Below are positions 54,275 through 64,000 of a DNA stretch of 64,000 nt, one piece after another. The notes below the pieces were generated by a model. It had not been told where the DNA came from. It searched no databases and worked only from the letters and a program-made list of their open reading frames with translations. Position numbers and translations under genes: made by a program. Origin of the DNA: the human T2T-CHM13v2.0 reference genome, Homo sapiens. Numbering within the stretch: position 1 is the first letter of the stretch; every line of letters begins with the position of its first letter. Where the stretch lies: the NCBI RefSeq assembly GCF_009914755.1, contig NC_060929.1; one strand, written 5' to 3'.

Positions 54275-54512
54275 ACCAATGCTATTCTGAATCACCTAAG
54301 AAACCTGTTTAAAATGAACATTCCCCAAATCTTTCTCTAGAGAGTCTGACTTAATAGGTTTGGGTCCAAGTATATGCATTTTAATAAGTAGCCCTTCTTC
54401 TTCCTTTATTCATCCTCCTACTCCTCCCGTCTCATCCCGACCCCAGCCTCATCCCACCATAGTGATTCAAGTATGAAGGGTCCATGGACCACATGTTGAA
54501 AATCAGTGCCTA
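54275..54512. mobile_element. MER5-family element
   Basis: gaatcacctaagaaacctgtttaaaatg...tctgacttaataggtttggg...ggaccacatgttgaaaatcagtg. Confidence 0.6.
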
Positions 54513-57500
54513 GGGAATGAAAAAAAAAAAGAGTTGGATATCCCTGCCATTGGTTTCATAGCAAGAGATCTTTTTTTTTCTTGTTCCACAACCCCCAGCT
54601 GAGTTGAGTCTATATCAGCTATACTGACTTAGAGACCATGTTAAAGATCCAATACACACTTCCTCTAAAGCAAGAACTGATGAAAGTGTTTGCTTCCAGG
54701 GTATATAGAGCTTTAAGATGTAGCCTTGAGGGCTGTTTAAGGGCAGTATCAGGCTTATGGATAATGAAATGTACAAGATAGTGATACTGTCCAGCCAGAA
54801 TACTATTCTGCCATGCTCTGATCCAGGCAGAGCAAACAGCTGCTGAGGCCAAACCACGACAAGGGCTATTTTTGCCTGTGACATTGGAGAATTTATTCAA
54901 GAACAGTTCCCCTTTGTGCCAGGATTTTCACTGTGCGGCTGTAAAGGTTGCTAAGTCCTTGGATCATCTGTTGTTTAAACTTTCTCAAATGTCCAAAATA
55001 ACCCATTCTTCCTGAGATTATGAACCTGTATGAGAGCTCTGCTAGCTGGGAATGAAATTGCTTGTCCCTATTTCTTCTGCTCTATATACTTTGAAGAGCA
55101 GTCACTTTGCAGTAACTGTAAGTTATCTAAATAGCAACTCCTCGCACAGGTAATATGATTTGGGGGAGAAAATAATTTCCCCTAAAGGCCACATAGTTCA
55201 CAAGGGTCTTTGTGATGACTAAACAATATAGTGCCCATGAAAGCATTCTGCACACTCTAAGATGCCATGGAAACACAAGAATTATTAACTAGTATGTGGT
55301 AGATAGGAGTCAAATGATAAATATCCAACCAGGAAGGTTACTGTAACACAGGAGTGAATCAACAGACTATCCTCTCCCAGAAAAGCTCTTTGTGTGTCTG
55401 GCTTCCCACACCTAATCTGGAAGTACAAACAGTCTGTGCTACGTGTGCCGGATTTCTGTGGACTGAGGCAGAAAAACCCTAAGCAAGAAGAGAAAATTGT
55501 TTTGTATTCATTTCAGCAACAAGAGACTGCAGTGTCACAGAGTGGTCCCAGTGCAGGGACATCTCATCAGACGTCACCCCATCGCTGTGCCCTGCCTTTC
55601 TCTGGTTCTTTCCCACTGTTCAAGCACTTTGACACTTTGTGGATTATGCTTTCAGGTTCTTTCATCAATTTAACATTAAAAGTCCTGTGAAATATTAATG
55701 AAATAATGTTTTTAAAAAAGAAAAATGTTCCTACAATACTGCAACATTTTAATGCCTCATTAAAATCATTAGCAATGCTAATACTAAGGAACTTACTTCA
55801 TCTTTCAAGGAGCCAAAAAATAAATCATAATAAAATGTTTGTTAATGTTACATCTGGAGAAATAAATTATACAATGCCTTTCTATATGGGCTTTACATAG
55901 TTTAAAGATGACACACTAAGGTCATATTATTAAGTACATGCAACTAATTTTTTCCTATGGAAACTCATATTGTACTTTTTATAATATTCATTAAATGCTG
56001 TGAGTATTGTTTGTATTTTTCATTTATGAGAAAAATATACCGTATGCCTATCAACCACCCAGAGCTCTCATGGAACTCAGGTTGCAAACAATGACATGCT
56101 TCACTGACCTGGATGACTTACAAAAGCCATTTATATTCAGTACTCTTATTTATGCTATCTTTAAAAATGAGTAAGAGACATATATTAATAGCAAGAAACC
56201 AGTAGAATGATTGCATCACTACCCATCTCCAGACTTATTGCAACACTTCATTTTCCATCAGTTCAACTGACATGGGAATGTAAATGTCGTATATAATAGT
56301 CATATAAAATTTTACTACAGAAGTTACTAAGGCAAGTGTGACAGTTTTCTTCTCTTTGTTGACCAACTTTCCATTGGAAAACAAAGGGGTTTAATGCATG
56401 GCAAAGTTGTAGCTAGTTTGTTATCAAAGGAAACCTCTCACCATTGACTGGGGTGAATGGCACAGCATGTTCTTCTTAAATACATCTACATCTCCTGTGG
56501 CTATTGCACAGTACAGTATAAGCTCAGCATACAAGCACATCCAGCAGATCCTGGGAACTTCTTTTCTCTCTGAGAATAAACTGGTATTTAGTCATGTACG
56601 TCAAGACAATTATTTTTTAGAAACAAATAAAACAAAAACTCTAATCCTATAACTGTCCCAATACCTTCCTAGATAAAAATAAGTATCAGGAACCCAGCCA
56701 AATCCAGTCTCTCCAACACAGCTATTTGATATTTTATTCTATTGAAAACTAATTGTTGCTAACAGTGTGACTTTCACCTGAGCCTGATTTCCCTCAGGTT
56801 CTCCATCATAGGCTATACTATTGAATTTTTCTTTAGGGGTGACTATTAACCATAGTTTAATATTCTCATTAAAATATATCATACAATGCCTATTTATTAT
56901 TTACTATTAAAAATTATCATTATCATCTAATAATTATATGACTAAAACATGATTCAATGGGAAGAATTGCAGGAGTTAGGAACAGTTGCTTACAAATGAA
57001 ACTAGGGTACATTATTTGGAAAATGCAATACTTATCCAGAAGGGAAGTGGAGAAGATTATGCTTTACTATATATATTAGGTCATCTAGTATGTCCTACAT
57101 CACAGATGTTGCTAATTTTTACATTAATATTCTAAGATATAGTGTTGAAAGTTTATATTTGCATAGCTAAGCCATTTTTAAAAAAATGTAATCCTAAATT
57201 CTTAAAATCCAAGGATTTAAAGGTGCAAGTTCCAAATCAGAGAACTTAGTGTGGCACTTTCCATTCAAATTATCATTAGGTTTAGATAGACAGTTAGTTA
57301 AAGGCTTTTAAATCATATATTTCAAACATAGGCAAGCTCTAAAAATGACAAAATCATTTGTTAAAAACTTCAGTTACATCTTCCTTAGTCATCCATCTCT
57401 TCAGAGAGCAAATTAATTGTTCCAATCTAGTAAGCAATGAAAGAAATCATCGACAAAGGGTGAAATATGAACATAAATGGTAAGTTTTGAATTTACCCTA

Positions 57501-59826
57501 TTTATCTTGAATGTAAGATCTCTTGACCCACTAAAACTCAGTTCACAGTGTTTTATGAAAAATAATGGCTGAAATTGAATGTCTTAATTTACATTTAATG
57601 CAATTAAGAATGGTTTAAATTATGACTGATGAACAGCACACACAGATGTCAGTCAGTTTCATCAGAATAAATTGAAGTCAGTGTCAATGAATGCTCCACT
57701 GATAAATCCCACTTTACATAAAATTAATAAAAATAAGGAAATATAATCCTTAACTAATTGCAAAATGGTCCGGAATTCCCCTAAATTTTGGGGGGAAAAT
57801 TTATGTAGCTGAGAAAACTACAGTATTGTTTGGAAAATATTGGGTCATTTTTAATACATAATACCCAAATATTCCATCAGCAAGCAGCCCTAAAGAGGTA
57901 TAGAACACAAACTTCTACACTGAGTTATGCAAATATTCATGGCGGGAGGGAAAAAAATCCACCAGGAAAAAGAACAGGAGGAACATAGGAGGAGGATGCA
58001 ATTAAAAATGAAGATGAGGAAGAGAAAGAGGGGAAGACACTGGAATAACCTTTCTGAAACAAAAGCACTGGGCAGTACTTTTTTCAGGTTGCTGCACTCC
58101 CAAGTTTCCTCAGCTAGCCTCAAGCATAACACTGCATTCACATCTTGCTTCATAAAACTGCTCCAAGTTTTTGCTGGAAATGATGCCCTCCTTCAGTGTT
58201 TTAATGCCAAACTAGGAAGACTTTGGTCTTGACTGCTGGCTGGATTCTTAGCTCACAGAGAGCACTCTCTTCCTCCATGGTAGATTCTGAAGCTTTGTGG
58301 ATTGGAGCAGATGTTGCTGCTTTTGAAGTTAATAGAAACTTTATGGACCATTTTTCACTCTCTCGTCCAGGAGCAAGTGTCAACCGTAGTTTTATTCAAA
58401 ACCTGAATTCTTGGCTCAGGCACTAATTGCTGTTAATGTGTTTAAATCCCAATTCTCAGGGAAAGGGGGAAAGTGTTTTTCCAATGGAAGAAATTGGGTT
58501 AATATTTGCATTCTTAGTGCCTGGATAAGCAAGAAAAATGCTAGGCTTCTGAGCCACACAATTCTGCAAGCAACCACGGAAGGCCTAAAAACCACGTTTC
58601 TCTAGGCTTAGTGGGTTAGTGTGTTCAGGATGAAACCAATCTTGAAAAACCAAAGAATATGAAAGGGAGTTAGGAAGATAGGCTAAAAAAAAGGGAGAAG
58701 AAGGTTCACTTTATAAAAGCTATCTTAGTAACGACCACTATTCCTATTGCTGCTTGTACAGCACTTTGGAACTAACAATGCACATCCATTGTATGATACA
58801 CTACTTTTTCATGTCATTCTACCCACTTCGCAAAAGAGAAAAGTACTCAGAAATTAAGAGACACAGCAGGAAGTGGCAATGCTGAAACTTGAATCAAGGT
58901 CTTTTGGCTCCAAATCTTGTGTTCAAATTACATGTATCTGTTCTAGCTATGTGAATTAACAGCAATTTTAAAAGCTCTCAAGAGTATTCAGTAATTGTTG
59001 CTGCTTTACAAGAGCTATAATTCTAAAAAATGTTACTTCAAGGGCCTTTTATTTTGTTTCACGTTGTGGACTTTAAACCCAATTTGGAACTCCTACTATC
59101 TAATAAATAGTGTTGAGTCATTATAGACATTTCCCAATGACAATTTTTTACCTAACAATTTCCTGACATTTTTTCAAGAATAAATGAAGCCAAGATCAAT
59201 CTTAAGGACAGTGGATGAATAGCCAGTCATCCAATGTACTGAAAAGTTTGCTTATCAAGACCACCTTCCCCACTATAGTGAAATTTTACCATTTCCAAAA
59301 CAATGATTTGTCTCAAAGTGGTCAATTTCATTAAACAATCCTTCAAGCTAGTTGTTTGGCATTTATTTCTCAAAATACCTGTTATGGATTGAGTTTTTCA
59401 GGAACCCAAAGTATTTTATTTCATTTTGTATCTTTCATTAGATCAGTCTATCTTTCATTAGATCAAACCCAACGGTGATGTATAAAACAGGGTCTCTGCA
59501 ATATGCACAACGGAGTGAGCAGTTTCTATGTATTTCCTATGCTTTCTCTTCCCTTCTTCAAATCTCCCTCTCCTAGCATACCAATCAAAGTAAAAGAGCA
59601 TGTACTCATTCACTCACAATTGTACATGATGCCACAGAGCCACAATTCAGACATGTCACTACCCTCAAAGAACTTACAAGGTTCCTTCCTCTCCAGGACA
59701 GATCTGTTTTCACTACTTTTGCCCAGCTACCTGCAAGGCTTAGGGGATCCAGAAACTAATGGTATATTAAGAGACAAAACTAGGCACAAGTCAAGTACTA
59801 GGCCTGACCTAATTTACTACCAGATT

Positions 59827-59948
59827 CTCTCTCTCTCTCTCTCTCTTTATTTTTTTTTTAATTTTACTTTAAGTTCTGGGATACATGTGCTGAATGTGCA
59901 GGTTTGTTACATAGGTATACATGTGCCGTGGTGGTTTGCCACACCTAT
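59827..59948 (-). mobile_element. About 100-bp 3' tip of an L1PA8-like element with (CT)n and poly-T tail
   Basis: ttttactttaagttctgggatacatgtgctgaatgtgcaggtttgttacataggtatac; TSD ctaccagattctct (59817-59830) and ctatcagattctct (59945-59958). Confidence 0.9.
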
Positions 59949-60593
59949 CAGATTCTCTTAATATAATTAGTTTCTGAAAACATTACCAGAACATTTATAG
60001 ACTCCACTCATACCGGAATTAGAGGTTTTTCAACTTTATTCTCCAAATATGCAGAAGAGACCACAGAAGAATGAAATATGAAGCTTATCCCAAATTGCAA
60101 ACTCTGCTAGATCTTCCCCTACTAACTCTTCATGGTACCTCCTTTTTCTTTCCATAGGCTGAAGAACTGTTCTGCTTGCAGCCACGGAATTTCCAACTAT
60201 AGCCACTAAAGTATGCACAGCATCAGCTTCAAAGCTCAGAAGTGCCCCCCAGATTTATAGAAAGGGGGAGAGATGAGGAGGGGGAAGGAGATTAAAAGAG
60301 ACTAACTTCAGAAATTTCCGACAGAACTAGATGTGGTCTAGACAGCATCAAACACACTACTCCACCCCTTTCCAATACCTCTGCCTCAACAGCTCTGTAA
60401 GCAGTATTTGAGTAAGTTCATGAGAGACACTATAACCTCTGTTAATTGACCTGATTTTCATATCCACCATCACAGGCAACTTTTCTAGAAGAGAGAACCC
60501 TGGTCTCATTATTGCTTGCTTCCTCCCCACTTTTCCCCATCTGCCCCAGGTAAGAGACTTTTTACAACAAGTTCCCTTTCAATTAAAATTCCT

Positions 60594-61033
<440 letters not shown>

Positions 61034-62869
61034 TTATAAGTGTTCTGTGTGAGTGACGTATAAGCCAATAAACACTATGTAGGTTTTTTATGTATATTTT
61101 TTTCATTTGACTTCAAAGGATCATTACTCAATGTTATTTCTCATATTGAAGACTCTAAGGCTAATGCTTTGACTTGATTTTAAAGACTGAATTTTTTCTG
61201 CTGGTATAAATAGTATGGACACAGTAAAAGTACTTGAGAGAGCCTAATGAACCATTTCTTACACCCCATTACCTTTAGTCTGATATGACTGAGAGTGCAG
61301 GCACTAATTATCCTCTCTTTCACAGACAGCGACATAGATCTACAGTAGGTCTTAAAACACAATTTCCCATACAACCCAACATTTCCATGCATAATACATT
61401 CCTGTATTTTTCTCCTTGTCGTAGTTGAAACAAGAAAGTCCAGGTTCTTGTCTTCCTACAACTTTGTCTAAACATAAAGGACATAGAGTTAACAATACAT
61501 CTTAATCTCCAGAGACCAAACATAAAATTATGCACAACTAGAAATGAGGCGTTAAAAACAAATTACAAAAATCACATTTCATAAAAGCCTCTATCCATGG
61601 GAGAACAACCTAAAATGCATTCAGAAAATTTAAAAAAAAACAAACATATCTTATTTCCTACTGAGATATAGGAATGATTTTGTCACACTGAAACTTATTT
61701 ATAATGTATTAGAAATATACTGCAGTATAGTGTCTAGTGTAATGAACATGCTTTCTTCCATCATTATACCACTCTAACTTGTGAAAGAAATATCTTTGTA
61801 GTTTCTGAAAGAAAAAGAGGAAAAGAATAAGCTACGACACTAATACCAGAGTTGATATAGTGAGAAATAGGAAAGAACTTTGCAATGAGATAATTTAGAG
61901 GCCTATACAGTATATTTGAATGTAGATGGTTAAGATAATATGGACATTTATGAAGGAGATATGCAAGGGCACAGCAAGCCATGTGCTTTCAGTATTTAAG
62001 CATCCTCCTACATGACATGTTGAATACTTCTGGTAAGGATTTTAGTGGTGAGAGGGAAGTCCTTTATCATATAGCAGAAACTGAAAAGAAATCAAAGTGT
62101 AAGGGAACACACCTTAGGGCAGACATCCCAGTTGAAATAATGCTATAGCACACCAAATAAGTTGCAGGTGTGCTCAGGTGTGCCCAAGCTATTGAAGTCC
62201 TTAGGATACTCAGAGAGGAGTCCGTGATACTAATTGTGCAACCTGTTCACCCCCAGCATACAGGAAAAATGCTATCCTTTTTTTTCTGTGTGTCATGATG
62301 TAGAAAAACACTGGGAAGTATTACAAGAGAAACTTCTCTGTTCATACAGTAACTTGATGAAGACTGAGACTTTCCTCATGGAATTTGTATATGGAGAAAT
62401 GGAAAAAGCAAGATTTATTTTCTGCACTATCATATATTCCTATAGTTGAACAAAAAGAGCCTAAAAAATGCACCGAGTCTACAAAATCCTTGATCCCAAG
62501 AACCATAAAGTGACAAAGCTAATGTCTGTGGTTCTGAGTACTCCGCTGACAGGCAGTCAGTCGGTCATACAAGAATAAAGTGAACCTTCTGGATGGAGTC
62601 TTTCTGACACCACAGACAGAGATTTAATAGTTCTCTCCTGGATAACCTCTTATCATGTTGTAATACTTCATAGCATGTCTTACACAGTGAATAACTGTTT
62701 GCGATATGACAAAACGCACCCTTACTCTCTTTCCCTCTTAGAAGAACCCCTCGATCTATGTTCAGCCCCATTCCCTCCTGTCTCCCAAAAATCATTGTCT
62801 CTTTTGCCTGTTTTTCTGCTTCTCCTTCTGGTCCTTTCCCTTACATATTAACATGCACAATTCTCCCAC

Positions 62870-63450
62870 ACCTTCACTACCCCCCTCAACCTGACACCCC
62901 TTCTAACTATTGTCTTATCTCTGCTTCCTTTCACATTAAGTTCCTCAAAATATGGCTCTACAGACACTCTCCACTTCCTAATGTCCCACTGACTTCTTGA
63001 CCTTCTGCAGTCTGATTTCTAGCCCCTAACACTGACCAGGGCAACACCATTTATGCCAAATATTCCTTGACCTGATATAAGCCACTCTCTCTTTAAACTC
63101 AGGTCTCTTACTCATTTATTCTGTTCTCTGTTCCCCACTTCTTGAATCTCTTTCTCACACCACCATGATCTCTGGCTACCTCATCTCAGGTCTCTTTATG
63201 GCCTCCTTTTTCTCTTTAAGAATTAGCATTAGCTAGGTTTCTGTTCTTGGTCCTTTTTTTTCCTCACATTTCACACTCTTTCTGGGCAGTTCCACTTGGA
63301 TACTTCACAGGTAGCACAACTAAACATGGCAAATCTGCACCAACTATCTCTCCTCAAATGCTACTCCCTGCTCGCTCCTATCATCCTGATTTTTGGTTAA
63401 TAACGTCACTCTCAGACCAATTACCTAAGCCAGAAATTTGAGAGTCATAT
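62870..63450. mobile_element. Degraded L2
   Basis: ccttctgcagtctgatttctagcccc and cctaagccagaaatttgagagtcat resemble L2 ORF2/3' sequence. Confidence 0.5.
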
Positions 63451-64000
63451 TAAAGTTATTTTTAAGATTAATTTTTGTGGTTAGAAGCAACAACAAATGA
63501 ACTCCACATAGCATAATAATAATTTTTAAGTAGGTGGGTATTGAAAGGATACTGGCATATTTCACAAAATCAAAGGAAGAGTTGACATTGGAAGTGAAGG
63601 AAACAGGACATCACTGGGGACTTCACAAGAAGACCACGATTTTTCTCCTCAGCCTAGCCACAAACATAACTCTCAGTCTCTGCCTTCTGTGTTCTAAATT
63701 TCTTTCATATTCTCAGGGAAAAAAATTGTGTTGGGCAAGCTTGGGTCATATGTCACTTTTAGGTCAATCAGCTAAGTTCTAAAAACTGGAAGAATAAATT
63801 CACAATCCATATACCAACAAGGAATTTGTACCACAATGTAAAAAAGATTTCCTACAAAACAATATCCCCACCCCACTCCCCTGCCCCCTTCCCCCCACCA
63901 AAAAAAAAGAAAAGAAAAATGGGCAAAGGAAATAAAGATAATTTTCAAAATAGGAAACAAGTATCATCAATAAAATATGAGAAATTGCTCAATCTCGGTA

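Noticed and set aside
57927-58232. 101-aa ORF with a basic/acidic stretch
   Set aside because: Arises from purine-rich low-complexity sequence; no recognisable domain or splice context.
59503-59961. 152-aa ORF
   Set aside because: No recognisable homology; runs into the (CT)n repeat and an antisense L1 tip.

Overview
Primate, most likely human, genomic DNA that is AT-rich, CpG-poor and rich in Alu, L1, MaLR/ERVL and MER elements. I could not support any intact protein-coding gene. The ORF track is explained by Alu, L1 ORF1/ORF2 remnants, one ribosomal-protein pseudogene and chance frames. The main structure is a nested retrotransposon stack at about 27.5-44.8 kb: a near full-length processed RPS2 pseudogene (31961-32900) sits inside an L1PB1-type LINE-1 (29335-35890), which sits inside a 5'-truncated L1PA16-type element, which sits inside older L1M sequence. 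The L1PB has a short 5'UTR whose junction at 29521/29522 looks like an exact GT-AG splice junction. The right third (about 44.8-59.4 kb) is poor in young repeats and holds enhancer-like unique sequence and one nested hairpin candidate. I found no convincing evidence for a wholly new biological system. Repeat subfamily names come from recalled consensus sequences and need RepeatMasker/Dfam confirmation.
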